NCBI GenBank assembly: GCA_963842525.1 | Contig: CAWJGT010000009.1 | Span: 1,024,001 to 1,088,000, forward strand | Direction of reading: 5' to 3' | From: an uncultured Holophagales bacterium | GTDB taxonomy: Bacteria > Acidobacteriota > Thermoanaerobaculia > Multivoradales > UBA5704 | DNA length: 64,000 nucleotides | Shown here: positions 27,936 to 38,534 of the stretch, piece after piece | Layout of the letters: the number at the start of each line of letters is the position of its first letter | Position numbering within the stretch: position 1 is the first letter of the stretch | The notes under the pieces: generated by a model | Database searches by the model: none | What the model saw: the letters and a program-made list of their open reading frames with translations, nothing else | What the model was told of the DNA's origin: nothing | Translations under genes and position numbers: made by a program

Positions 27936-28496
27936 ATGATCTCCGCCGACCGCCTGCCGACCCTCACCGCGTCCCGGGTCTGCCTGCGGTGGCTGACCGA
28001 GGACGACGTGGAGGCGCTCTTCGCGATCTTTTCCGATCCCGAGGTGATGCGCTTCTGGAGCTCGCCGCCGCTTGCCGAGGTGAGCGGCGCCCGAGAGCTC
28101 CTCGATCACATCCACGCATGCTTCCTGCGGCGGGAGCTCTTCCAGTGGGGCGTCGCGCGCCGCAGCGACGACCTGGTGATCGGGACCTGCACGCTGTACC
28201 ACCTCGACGCCGGCAACGGCCGCGCCGAGATCGGCTTCGCGCTCGGCCGTGAGCACTGGGGGAACGGCTACATCGGCGAGGCCCTGCGGACCCTGCTCGA
28301 CTTCGCGTTCGGAGAGCTCGGCCTCTACCGGCTCGAAGCCGACGTGGATCCCCGGAATGAAGCTTCGATCCGAACCCTGGAGCGCCTCGGTTTTCAGAAG
28401 GAAGGCCTGCTGCGGGAGCGGTGGCGGGTCGACGGAGGGGTCCAGGACTCCCTCTTCCTGGGCCTGTTGCGACGAGAGTGGGCCGGCAGGGCCTGA
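27936..28496 (+). CDS. GNAT acetyltransferase (RimJ/RimL family)
   Basis: AEIGFALGREHWGNGY..RNEASIRTLERLGFQKEGLLRE. Confidence 0.9.
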   Translation: MISADRLPTLTASRVCLRWLTEDDVEALFAIFSDPEVMRFWSSPPLAEVSGARELLDHIHACFLRRELFQWGVARRSDDLVIGTCTLYHLDAGNGRAEIGFALGREHWGNGYIGEALRTLLDFAFGELGLYRLEADVDPRNEASIRTLERLGFQKEGLLRERWRVDGGVQDSLFLGLLRREWAGRA

Positions 28497-28554
28497 GCCG
28501 ATTTCTCGGAGAATTCAGGTTCGCGGCCGTCTAACTTCTGCTGGGAGGATCTCT

Positions 28555-29714
28555 ATGAAACTACGCAGCCGCTGGTTCCTGAAGCAGACGTCGGGGAGGA
28601 AGGAGGAGTCTTCCGCGGAAATCGTGGCCCAGGCTCGCCGGAAGTCCGTCGCGGACGCTCCCGGCGATGCGAAGTGGGAGCTGGCCGGCCCTACCAACGT
28701 CGGCGGTCGTATGACCTGCCTCGTGTGCCATCCCGACAAGCCGGACGTGATCTGGGCCGGATCGGCGGCAGGCGGGGTCTGGAAGAGTGAGACCGCGGGA
28801 GCGGATTGGAGGATGTGCTGGGACGACCAGGAGAAGAGCCTCAACATCGGCGCGCTCGCTCTCGATCCCGGCAATCCGGACCTCCTGTACTGCGGGACGG
28901 GGGAGGCCAACCTGACGTTCGACTCCTATCCGGGAGTCGGCCTGTACCGGTCGCTGGACGGAGGACTATGCTGGAAGCGCCTGGCCTTCGCGCAAAAAGG
29001 AGAGGTTCCGCCCCGGATCGGAGTCATAGCGATCGATCCCTTTGACTCCAAACGTCTCCTGGTCGGCGGAGTAGGCTCCAAGCCTGAGGAGCCTCAGAAA
29101 GCCCTGGGAGGCTTGTACGTATCCACCGATTCTGGCGCCACATGGGTGCGGGACGTTTCATTCTTCCCCGACGGCGACTACCAGTGCCACTCGATCGTCT
29201 TCCACCCGAGCCAGCAGGGAGTGGTGACCTCGACATCGCCCCCGATCCGCGGTACGTCTATGCCGCCACCGAGGCCGGAGGTTTCTACCGGAGCCGGAAT
29301 GGGGGGGATACCTGGACTGAGAACCTTGCGGGTGCGAAACTCCCGAACCAGATGATCACACGGATCGAGACGAGCCCGGACAGTGCGGACGACCTGTTCG
29401 TCACGGTGGCGGGCTTCGGGCATCACCATGTCTTCCGCTCTTCCAATGGGGGCTGGTCTTGGGAGGACGCGGACCGCGGCGGCCTGCCGGATGTGCCCTT
29501 CAATGCCGCGGTGATCCCGCCCAACAATACGAAGACGGTCTACGTCTGTGGGGATGCCGGAGTTTTCGTCTCGTTCGATCGGGGCGGCACATGGATGAAC
29601 CTGACACGGAATCTTCCCAATGTGAGGATCACGGACCTCGTCTACGTCGAAAACGAGAACACCCTCTTCGCGGCTACGTATGGACGAAGTCTCTGGCGGC
29701 TCCGGCTCGCTTGA
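28555..29714 (+). pseudogene. BNR/Asp-box beta-propeller (glycosyl hydrolase-like) with a frame break and probable internal deletion near 29225
   Basis: WELAGPTNVGGR, GGVWKS, SxDGGxxW boxes, AATYGRSLW; N- and C-parts are in different frames. Confidence 0.65.
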
Positions 29715-29825
29715 GCCGTGCTCCTCTCGTCTCGCCCTGGGGCCTGATGGGGGCTGTGTGCCTGTTGTATCCTCATTTCGTGCGATTGTTCGCCTCAGGA
29801 GCGCGACCTCTTCCTGGAGACTTCG

Positions 29826-30050
29826 ATGATCACGGAATACTACGTGTGCTACGGGACCACCACGGCCGAGCTGATCGAGGCCGTCAATGCGGCGATCCAG
29901 AATGGCTGGCAGCCTCTGGGGGGTATTGCGATGAGCACTCGCTGGAGCGACAACCTCGGGCACGGTGTCCCGCGAGGGGAGCTTCTGGTGCAGGCCGTCG
30001 TGCGCACGCGGAACCCCGAGGGACCCGCCGGCCCGGAGACCGTCCCATGA
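29826..30050 (+). CDS. Small DUF1737-like protein
   Basis: AVNAAIQNGWQPLGG...QAVVR; RBS ggag; stop overlaps the next ATG. Confidence 0.6.
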   Translation: MITEYYVCYGTTTAELIEAVNAAIQNGWQPLGGIAMSTRWSDNLGHGVPRGELLVQAVVRTRNPEGPAGPETVP

Positions 30051-31882
30051 GCGAGCGGCTCGCCACCGGCTCCCTGGTCCTGCTCTTCCTGGTCCTGGGC
30101 GCGGCTAGCGGCTGGGCTGGCGAGGACGTGCCCGCGGCCCGCTTCGCCGACCCGGCGCGGCGCGAGAAGCTCGGCCGGGCTCTCCCGGTGATCGAAGCCA
30201 AGATGGAGGAAACGGTGCGGGAGCTGGGCCTTCCGGGGGCGTCCTATGGCTTGGTGATCGACGGCGAGGTGGTTCTGGTCAAGGGCGTGGGGCAGCGCGA
30301 TGTGGCTTCGAAGGCGCCGGCCGACGCGGACACCGTGTTCCGCATCGCCTCGATGACCAAGAGCTTCACCGCGCTCGCGACTCTCAAGCTGCGCGATGAC
30401 GGCAAGCTCGCCCTGGACGATCCGGTCGCCCGCTACATCCCCGAGCTGGCGGCGTGGCCGCCGCCGACGAAGGACTCGGGGCCGATCACGATCCGCCAGC
30501 TCCTGAGCCACACCGCCGGCTTCCCCGAGGACAACCCCTGGGGCGACCGGCAGCTCGACACCCCGGACGAGGAGCTCGCGGCCTGGCTGCGCGCGGGGCT
30601 CCCGTTTTCGACGGCCAGCGGCACCACGTTCGAATACTCGAACTATGGATTCGCCCTCCTCGGGCAGGTCGTTGCGCGCGTCTCCGGGATGCGCTACCAG
30701 GACTACATCAGCCGCGAGATCCTGCAGCCGCTGGGCATGACCTCGACGTATTGGGAGCCGCGGGCGGCCCCCGGCGAGCGGCTCGCCACCGGCTACCAGG
30801 GCGATGGGAGCACGGTCGAGGTGCCGCTCGCCGACGGGACCTTCGGAGCCATGGGCGGCCTGCTGACCACGGCCCGCGACCTGGGCCGTTGGGTGGCGCT
30901 GATGCTCTCGGCCTGGCCGCCGCGCGACGATCCCGAGCAGCCGCCGGCCCTGCGCCGGACCCTCCGGGAGATGCAACAGGGATCGGGGGTCTCGACGTTT
31001 TTCATGGACCGGGGCGTGCCCGGTGCGCCGCTGAACGTCCGCAATGGCAACTACGCCTTCGGCCTGGCCTCCGCCCAGGACTGCCGTGTCCGCTTCGAGG
31101 TGAGCCATGGGGGCGGCCTGCCCGGTTTCGGCTCCGACATGCGTTGGCTCCCTGAATACGGGGTCGGGATCTTCTCGATGTCCAATGTGACCTACGGCCC
31201 GGCGCGGCGCCTCACCCGCGACATGATGGCGGCGCTCGTCGAGACCGGCGGTCTCGAGCCCCGGCGCCCCACGCCAGCCCCGGCGCTGCTCCAGGCGGTG
31301 GCCGACACCGCGCGCCTCCTCGATGCCTGGGACGACGGCCGCGCGCAGGCCCTGGCGGCGGAGAACCTCTTCCTCGACCGCTCCCTGGAGGCGCGCCGTG
31401 ACGATGTCGCGAAGCTCCGCGAAGGGCTGGGGGCGTGCCGCGCCGGCGAGGTCGAAGCGGAGAACGCTCTGCGCGGCAGTTTCCGGATGACCTGCGACAA
31501 GGGCTGGCTCGACGTCGATCTCACCCTCGCGCCCACCCAGCCACCCCGGGTGCAGCAGTTGGACGTCGCCGGCGGCCGGCCGCTGTCCGACGACATGCGC
31601 CGCGCGGTGGATGCGATCGTGGCGTCGATCGTCCGTGGCAACCAGGGGCTGCGCTTGGCGCCGGGCGTGAACGCGGCCGCTCTCGGAGCTCTCCTCGAGA
31701 ACGCGCGCCTGCGCTACGGCACCTGCCGGGCCGGCGAGCCCTTGCGAGGTGACGGGTCCACGCGGACCTTCGTGAAGCTGGACTGCGACCGCGGCGCCGC
31801 GGAAATGCTCGTGAGCCTCGAGCAGGGGAAGCTGAAAGAGGTGCGCTTCGCTCCGGCGGCAGGCACGGTCTGCCCGCCCTGA
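30047..31882 (+). CDS. Serine hydrolase, beta-lactamase/PBP family
   Basis: FRIASMTK (SxxK), FEYSN (YxN), HGG; signal peptide. Confidence 0.9.
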   Translation: MSERLATGSLVLLFLVLGAASGWAGEDVPAARFADPARREKLGRALPVIEAKMEETVRELGLPGASYGLVIDGEVVLVKGVGQRDVASKAPADADTVFRIASMTKSFTALATLKLRDDGKLALDDPVARYIPELAAWPPPTKDSGPITIRQLLSHTAGFPEDNPWGDRQLDTPDEELAAWLRAGLPFSTASGTTFEYSNYGFALLGQVVARVSGMRYQDYISREILQPLGMTSTYWEPRAAPGERLATGYQGDGSTVEVPLADGTFGAMGGLLTTARDLGRWVALMLSAWPPRDDPEQPPALRRTLREMQQGSGVSTFFMDRGVPGAPLNVRNGNYAFGLASAQDCRVRFEVSHGGGLPGFGSDMRWLPEYGVGIFSMSNVTYGPARRLTRDMMAALVETGGLEPRRPTPAPALLQAVADTARLLDAWDDGRAQALAAENLFLDRSLEARRDDVAKLREGLGACRAGEVEAENALRGSFRMTCDKGWLDVDLTLAPTQPPRVQQLDVAGGRPLSDDMRRAVDAIVASIVRGNQGLRLAPGVNAAALGALLENARLRYGTCRAGEPLRGDGSTRTFVKLDCDRGAAEMLVSLEQGKLKEVRFAPAAGTVCPP

Positions 31883-31912
31883 CGCGGTCTCTACGTAGGG
31901 GAACGGTTGGAG

Positions 31913-32173
31913 ATGAATATGCAAATCAAGCTAGAAGTGCCGGAGCAATACCTGATCGACTGCGATCCCGACGAGCTAGGCAAGCGCCTCAAGCTATATG
32001 CGGCGCTCCTCATGTTCCAATCCAAAGAGCTTTCTGCGGGGGCCGCCGCCGAGCTTGCCGAAGTCGATCGCTTCACCTTTGCCCAGGAATGCCAGAAACA
32101 TGGCATCCCGGTGGTGGACTATCCAGTTGAGGATCTCCGATCTGAGCTTGAGTCGTTCCGGAATGCCTCCTGA
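31913..32173 (+). CDS. UPF0175 family antitoxin
   Basis: ELSAGAAAELAEVDRFTF..HGIPVVDY...L; coupled to a PIN gene. Confidence 0.8.
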   Translation: MNMQIKLEVPEQYLIDCDPDELGKRLKLYAALLMFQSKELSAGAAAELAEVDRFTFAQECQKHGIPVVDYPVEDLRSELESFRNAS

Positions 32174-32650
32174 TGCTGGTCATCGCGGATACCTCAGCGC
32201 TCGTGGCACTCGCCGCGTGCAACGGCTTGCCGCTTTTGGATGCCCTGTTTGACGCCGTGCGCATCCCTCCAGCGGTGCTTCGGGAGTGCGCAGTGTCAGG
32301 CAAGCCCGAGGCGGAGCGACTCGAAGGCTACCTTCGCCCCAGAGTAGTGAATGTAGATCTCACCGAATTCGTGATTGCAGTCACCGGCTTGGGTCAGGGC
32401 GAGCTCGAGGCGATGGCGCTCTACAAACGCCTGCATGCAGATCGCTTGCTGGTAGACGATTTCCGGGCTCGAAAGATAGCACGGCTGAACGGAATTGAGG
32501 TGATCGGAAGCCTGGGTGTCCTGCTCCTGGCCAAGCAAGAGGGACTCATTGCGAGGATTCGTCCCGCTTTGGATGAGATCCAAGCCGCCGGCAGCCACCT
32601 GAGCGAAGCTCTCGTTGCTGAGACCTTACGCATTGCCGGGGGAGGAGTAG
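32173..32650 (+). CDS. DUF3368/PIN-domain toxin; natural stop probably at 32650
   Basis: IADTSAL, LGQGELEA, LLVDD..ARKIA, GSLGVLL.AK. Removing one G from the run at about 32637 gives the typical ending LRIAGEE*; as written the ORF runs to 32832. Confidence 0.8.
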
Positions 32651-32838
32651 ATCGGAACTGCTTGAGGGAGATGGCTCACCGTCCTCGCAGCCTGTGTGAA
32701 CGCACCAGCTTGGACCTCCCGTGGCAAGATGCTCGCCGAGCTTATCCGCGAGCTGCGGCCCTGAAACTTTTCCGGGATTCCCACATATACAGGGGGGAAC
32801 GGTGGACGGGTACGACAGGAGGCGGATCCTGAAAAGAA

Positions 32839-35800
32839 ATGGACACGACCCTGGCTCGATCCTGCAGCTCGCGTTTCGACCTCTCCCGGCGCAGGCTCGA
32901 AGGAGCTGCGCTCGCCTTCATCCTGGCCTGCGGCCTGCTGACCGCGGCCCGGCCTGCCTACGCTCAACCCGCTGAAACCCGCCCGGCCTCCGTCCAGGGA
33001 GGCTACGTCCGCGCCGCCACGATCGGCGAGGTCCTTTCGCGCTGGCGGCCGGAGGTCCACCTCTATGTCCTCGGTGACGTAGACCTGGAGGAGGACGCGC
33101 TCCAGGCGCTCGCCGCCTGGCTCGACGGCCGTCATTGGACGGTCCTGCTCGTCCAGGACGCTACGGGCCAGACCTATACCGACGTCGAGGGACAGGTCCG
33201 CGAAGGCGTGGACGCCATCGAGTACGGCACCGGCCAGGGGATCCCGAAACGGCCCGGCTTTGCGGAGCAGGTCCACCCGCGCACGCAGGAGCCGGACGGG
33301 GCCATCTTCTCGATCGTGCTCGCCCAGCGCGTGTTCTTCTACACCGGGTCCGCGGCACAGGACAGCCGCTCGCTCGGCGATGACCACTTCCAGGGCAATC
33401 TCGACCAGTGGGCGATCCAGGCGATGCGGTCGAGCGGCGACATCGTCATGGCGGTCCGGGACACGGTCACCAACATCGACACCCAGGTCGACCTGGCCAT
33501 CGACCGGGCGGCCCAGGAGGCCGTGCAGGCTCGCGAGACCGCCGGCCAGGCTCTCACAAAAGGTGAGAGAGACCTCGCGGACCTCGAACGGCGGGAGCGG
33601 TCTGGCGTGGCCCGCGAGGAGCTGCTGGCGGCCCGCCAGAAGCTGGCCCGGGCGCGCGAGCTCTATGACCGGGGGACTCCCGGCTATGACCAGCCGCTTT
33701 CGGAAGCCCGGGAGGGCTTGTTCGTCGCAGAGCTGGCGATCTCGAGGGCCGACGGCAGGGCCGCCTTCGGGCGCGCCCTGAAGATCTTCTTCCTCACCTT
33801 TCTCGTCTCGGCGCTCCTGGGCACCGGGTTCGTCCTGAACCGCCGGCGCCGCGGGGTCCGGCGGGAAGCCGAGCGGCTCCTGGCCGCCTGGCGCACCGCT
33901 CTCGATGCGAAGCTCGGAGCCCTCCTCGACGAGCTGGAGCGGCGCGTAGCCCGGTTCGTCGGCCCCGCGAGCGGCGAGGGGCGGCGCCCGTGGGCGGGCG
34001 AGACCCTGCGCTGGGCCGAGCAGATCCGCGCCGACGTGGGCTCGCTCTACATCCTCTGGACCAGCGCCAACGGTGTCCTCCAGCAGGCCGAGGCCCTGAT
34101 CCGTGCCTCCGGCCTCGGTGCCGTCTACAACTTCTTCCTGCCCGGCAAGTACCGGCGGGGGATCGCGCTCCTCAAGGACGAGCCGGTCCCCTTCGATCCC
34201 GCCGGCGGCCTGCCGAAGCTGTTCGGCGGCGAGCACACCTGGCGCGACGACCTCCTGGGGGACCTCGCGGGCTACGAGCCGTTCCACAAGTCGTTCCAGG
34301 ACCTCGTCGGCGAGCTCGACCTGCGTGCGAAACGGGCAACCGAGGCGCTCGCCCTCGTCGAGGCCAGCTCGCTCCAGGGCCCCTCCTTATTGGAGGAAAC
34401 CGGCGCAAGGATCTCGGAGACCGCAGCCCTCCGCGAGGAGATCGAGCGCGCCGGCTCCGCCGAGGGCCTTTTCCTCGTGCCGGCAGTTTGCGCCATGGCC
34501 TTGCCAGCGGCGTCCGATGCCCTGGCCCGGACGCGTGCTCTGTTCCCGACCGACCCGGTCGGAGCCCTGCGGGTGGACGGTGCGAGGGCCCGGCGGATTG
34601 CGATGGAGTCCTGGCAGCTCGCCGGGCTCGTGGCTGCGGCGCGACACGGGGTGCTGCCGGCCGTCGAGGCCGGGGCTGTAGCGCTGCGCGACGTCTCGAT
34701 CGCCACCGCCTGGATCGAGGCCGAGCGGATCCAGCTCTCCGGCCATGCGGACCTCCTGGCGGAGCAGGCCGCCGAAGAGCCGGTTTCCGCGGGCATCGAG
34801 GAGCTTGCCGTGAGCCTTGCCGATCTCGGCCTGCGGGTCGAGCGCGCCGTCACCCTGTCGAGGGTCCTGGAGGAGGAGGCGCGGCCGGAGGCCCAACGGG
34901 TTGCCGGGCTCGTCCAGGCGGCCCGCGCCGATCTCGGCGAGCTTCTGAGCCTGCCGCCGGACCGCATCCTGCGGGAAGAGGGCTCCGATCCCTCTGAGCG
35001 CCTGGAGGGCTCAGCCGGGCAGGCCGGAACGGCCCAGGCAGCGCTCGGCCGGGGCGAGTTGGACGCGGCTCAAGCGGCCCTTGCGGAGGCCGCCCGCCTC
35101 ACGGCCGAGGCGGCTGCCATCGTCGAGGCCACGCGGCAGGCGTTCGCTACGCAGGAGGAGACCGTCGAGGAGCGGCGCGCCGAGACTCTCCGCATCGAAG
35201 CGCTCCGCCCCGGGCACGAGAAGGTCCTCGCGGGCATCCGGCAGACCTACGCGCCGAGCGTGCTGTCCCTGCGCGCGGGCGATCCCGCTCATCCGGACGC
35301 CAACGGCACCCTCGGCGACAACCTGGAAGAGACCCGCGCCCACGTCGGCCTCGCCCATGAAAAGCTCGATCGGGCGGTTGCCTCGTTTCGCGGCGGCAAG
35401 CTGCTCGCCGCGGCCCAGCTCCTGCGGGAGGTGAAGCGGCACCAGCAGCTCGCCGTCCACCGCCTGGAAGAGGTCGCCGAGAGGGAGGCCCGCCTCGCGA
35501 GGACCGTCGAGAGCAACCTGGACCTCCTGCAGACCCTGGAGGCCCGGGTGCGGGAGGACCAGACCGCCGTGGCCGGCGATCCGCGGGCCATGCAACCGAC
35601 CCTGACCGCCTTCGAGCAGGGCAGGCTCCAGCTCCAGGAGGCGCGCCGCCTGGTCGAGGCCGCGCCGGGCGATCCTCTCCAGGCCGAGGACGCCCTCCTT
35701 GCCGCCCGGGCAACCCTCGACCAGGTCCACGACCAGATGGCCCCAGGCGACCGCCTCCTCTTCGCAGACGCGCAGAGGAGCGTCGAGGCGGCAAACCGGC

Positions 35801-36468
35801 AGCTCGCCGCCGCCGGAGAGCTGGCCCGGCGTGCCGCCGCGGACAACATTCCGGACAGCCCCGGGATCGTCCAGGGGACCCAGAGCCTGAGAGACCTCTC
35901 GGCCGCCCAGGAGCAGGCTCGGGTCGCCCTGGGTATTCCGCACGGAGACTGGACCGCGCTCGACACCGAGGCCGACCGGATCGCGGGAGAGGGCGCCCGC
36001 TGGGCCGCCACACTGACCGGAGAGCTCGCCGCCGCCGAAAAAGCTGTCACCGCGCTCTCCGCCGCCTCCCAGTGGGTGCGCACAGCCAGCTCCTGGAGGG
36101 GCTCCTACGGGATCACCATCCCGGGGAGCCCGGGGTCGGGCACCCTCTCCCGGGCGAGGTCGCTGCTTGAGCAGGGCCGGTACGACGACGCTGGGAAAGA
36201 AGCCATCGTGGCCTATCAGGAAGCGTCGCAGGCCATCGAGGCTGCCAGGGCCGAAGTGGAGCGCCTCCGCGAAGAGGAGCGCCGCGAGGAGGAGGAACGC
36301 CGCCGCCGTTGGGACTCCATCCACAGCGATGATTCCTCGCCGAGCAGCTTCTCCAGCTCGAGCCACAGCTCCGGATCCAGCAGCTCCAGTTGGGGCAGCA
36401 GCAGCTCTGGGTCGAGCCGCTCGAGTTGGAGAAGCAGCAGCTCAGGCAGCGGCAAGTCGGGCTGGTAG
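32839..36468 (+). CDS. Large membrane-anchored coiled-coil protein with TPM-like N-terminal domain and Ser-rich tail
   Basis: Signal peptide, one internal TM (IFFLTFLVSALLGTGFVL-RRRR), long Ala/Glu helical region, SSS..GW end. Confidence 0.75.
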   Translation: MDTTLARSCSSRFDLSRRRLEGAALAFILACGLLTAARPAYAQPAETRPASVQGGYVRAATIGEVLSRWRPEVHLYVLGDVDLEEDALQALAAWLDGRHWTVLLVQDATGQTYTDVEGQVREGVDAIEYGTGQGIPKRPGFAEQVHPRTQEPDGAIFSIVLAQRVFFYTGSAAQDSRSLGDDHFQGNLDQWAIQAMRSSGDIVMAVRDTVTNIDTQVDLAIDRAAQEAVQARETAGQALTKGERDLADLERRERSGVAREELLAARQKLARARELYDRGTPGYDQPLSEAREGLFVAELAISRADGRAAFGRALKIFFLTFLVSALLGTGFVLNRRRRGVRREAERLLAAWRTALDAKLGALLDELERRVARFVGPASGEGRRPWAGETLRWAEQIRADVGSLYILWTSANGVLQQAEALIRASGLGAVYNFFLPGKYRRGIALLKDEPVPFDPAGGLPKLFGGEHTWRDDLLGDLAGYEPFHKSFQDLVGELDLRAKRATEALALVEASSLQGPSLLEETGARISETAALREEIERAGSAEGLFLVPAVCAMALPAASDALARTRALFPTDPVGALRVDGARARRIAMESWQLAGLVAAARHGVLPAVEAGAVALRDVSIATAWIEAERIQLSGHADLLAEQAAEEPVSAGIEELAVSLADLGLRVERAVTLSRVLEEEARPEAQRVAGLVQAARADLGELLSLPPDRILREEGSDPSERLEGSAGQAGTAQAALGRGELDAAQAALAEAARLTAEAAAIVEATRQAFATQEETVEERRAETLRIEALRPGHEKVLAGIRQTYAPSVLSLRAGDPAHPDANGTLGDNLEETRAHVGLAHEKLDRAVASFRGGKLLAAAQLLREVKRHQQLAVHRLEEVAEREARLARTVESNLDLLQTLEARVREDQTAVAGDPRAMQPTLTAFEQGRLQLQEARRLVEAAPGDPLQAEDALLAARATLDQVHDQMAPGDRLLFADAQRSVEAANRQLAAAGELARRAAADNIPDSPGIVQGTQSLRDLSAAQEQARVALGIPHGDWTALDTEADRIAGEGARWAATLTGELAAAEKAVTALSAASQWVRTASSWRGSYGITIPGSPGSGTLSRARSLLEQGRYDDAGKEAIVAYQEASQAIEAARAEVERLREEERREEEERRRRWDSIHSDDSSPSSFSSSSHSSGSSSSSWGSSSSGSSRSSWRSSSSGSGKSGW

Positions 36469-36502
36469 GGAAGCTAAAGACCTTTACTATGCTGTGGACG
36501 TC

Positions 36503-37213
36503 ATGGCAGCCCTCTGGTCCCAGAAGGTCGAGTCCGCGGGCTTCGCGATCGTGCCCGGCGTCTTCGGCGAAGAGGAACTGGCCGGGTTGGGGGAGGCCCT
36601 TGCGGATCTGGAGGACGGGGGCTCGCGGGGTCTGCGGGGTGGGCGGGGTGGTGTGCGCAATCTCCTGCGGTCGGCTGCGATCCGGGAGCTGACGGAAGAG
36701 GGCGCGCTCCTCGGTCTGGCGCGGACGGTGCTGGGGACCGGTGCGTGGCCGGTCAAGGCGACCCTCTTTGCCAAGTCCCCCACGGCCAACTGGAAGGTGC
36801 CTTGGCACCAGGACGTCACGATCGCGGTCTGCAGCCGGTGTGACGCCGCGGGCTTCGGCTCGTGGACCGAGAAGGACGGGGTCCCGCACGTCCAGGCTCC
36901 CGCCGAGGTCCTGGAGGGGATGCTGGCCCTCCGTCTCCATCTCGATCCATGTCCTGCGGAAAATGGTGCGTTGCGCGTGCTGCCCGGCAGTCACCGCCTG
37001 GGCCGTATCCGGCAGGAGGACCGGGAGGCTCTGCTGTCCCAAAGCGAGCCCGTGATCTGTGAGGCCCGCGCCGGCGACGTCCTGGTGATGCGGCCTCTTC
37101 TTCTCCACGCCTCCTCACCCAGCCGGACGGGCGCGGACCGTCGGGTCCTGCACGTCGAGTACGCCGCAGCCGACCTCCCCGGCGGTCTGAAGTGGCAGGG
37201 CTACACCCGCTGA
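36503..37213 (+). CDS. PhyH family Fe/2OG dioxygenase
   Basis: NWKVPWHQD, RLHLD..ENGALRVLPGSH, MRPLLLHAS, RRVLH. Confidence 0.88.
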   Translation: MAALWSQKVESAGFAIVPGVFGEEELAGLGEALADLEDGGSRGLRGGRGGVRNLLRSAAIRELTEEGALLGLARTVLGTGAWPVKATLFAKSPTANWKVPWHQDVTIAVCSRCDAAGFGSWTEKDGVPHVQAPAEVLEGMLALRLHLDPCPAENGALRVLPGSHRLGRIRQEDREALLSQSEPVICEARAGDVLVMRPLLLHASSPSRTGADRRVLHVEYAAADLPGGLKWQGYTR

Positions 37214-37227
37214 GGCGGTCAGACGCA

Positions 37228-37325
37228 GGAGAGGGGAGCCCCCACCCAGGAGCTTCCTGATCATGCATTTCTCCCCTCTCCCGGGGGAAGGGAGTGCGGA
37301 TGGGAGAGGGGTCGGGGGTGAGGGG
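37228..37325. repeat. Intergenic, left-truncated copy of the CCCTCACCCC/GGGAGAGGG palindromic element
   Basis: Shares ggagaggggagcccccacccaggag and ggagtgcggatgggagagggg with 10129-10275. Confidence 0.8.
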
Positions 37326-38075
37326 CCAGGGCGACGCCCCCAGCAGAGTTTTCCAAACACCCTCTGAAAGGCTCGCTCTGGATCGGAGGACTCCGCTGGG
37401 AGCACCGTCTTCCGGCCCCAGGTGAGGGCCCTCGATCTCGTCTGGATGCTCCAGGCGGAGGAGGACGGCGGCACCGGGGCGAGGGCATTTTGGAGCACGA
37501 GTCTCTCGACGCCGGCCGGCCAGAGGGCTACGGTCTACCGGAAGGCTGGCGGCGACGATTCGCCTGCATCGTCCAGAATCCCGATTCCGTCTCGCCGCGA
37601 TTCGGCTGTCCTGCGAGAGCTTTCGACCCGAGAGCCTTCACATCGGAAGCCGGCTGTAGAGTTCAAGTGAATGTCTCCCGCTCATAGGGACTTGCATCAG
37701 CGACATTCGAGCACATTCCTGCGCATTTGATAGCCCCTGATGTGACATTGGACCTGAGCTCCGCCTCATTGGGACCGGCCGGCGCCCCTTTCGTCATGAG
37801 CTCCCAATGATTCGTACCTCCGGGCGAAAGATTCCGATGCCCAGGCGTCGTGCACGGACCTGTCTCCGTATGTTTGGTCTTGCAGCCTGAAAAACTATTC
37901 AGCCCGGCGGAAAAATCAGTTTTGGCAGATGAATGGCCGCGACTCAGAAGCCGATGTTGCCGAGCACGAGACGAATGATGCGGAAGCCCGGTCGAATCGG
38001 CGAGAGCGCGCCGCGATACGCCGGCAAGGATGACGGCGCTCCCAGCGGAGTCCTTCGTGGGGCGGAGAAACCGCC

Positions 38076-38534
38076 TCACCGGCTCCGCAGCCTGCGGGTG
38101 AGCACCCGGTCCAGGGCGGCGGCGAAGGCTTGCCGGTCCTTGGGGCCGTAGGGCCGCGGCCCGCTGGTCTCCACGCCTGCTCCCCGCAGCCCGTCCATGA
38201 AGTCGCGCACGGCGAGGCGCTCTCCGACGTTCTCCTCCGTGTACTCCTCGCCGCGCGGGTCGAGCACCGTGACCCCCTTCTCGACCAGATTGGCGGCGAG
38301 CGGGATGTCGGCCGTCACGGCCACGTCGCCCGGCTCGGCCTGATCCGCGATGTAGCGGTCGGCCACGTCGGGACCGCCCTCCACCCGCACGGCGGCGACG
38401 AAGGGATGGTCCAAGGGGGTCGAAAGCCGCTGGTTGGCGACGAGAATGGTCTCGATCCGGAGCCGCCGCGCGGCCCGGAAGACGATCTCCTTGACGTCGC
38501 GCGGAGCGGCATCCGCATCGATCCAGAGCTTCAC
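38076..38534 (-). CDS. YaiI/YqxD (UPF0178) family protein
   Basis: [36 protein letters not shown]. Confidence 0.9.
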   Translation of the reverse strand: MKLWIDADAAPRDVKEIVFRAARRLRIETILVANQRLSTPLDHPFVAAVRVEGGPDVADRYIADQAEPGDVAVTADIPLAANLVEKGVTVLDPRGEEYTEENVGERLAVRDFMDGLRGAGVETSGPRPYGPKDRQAFAAALDRVLTRRLRSR

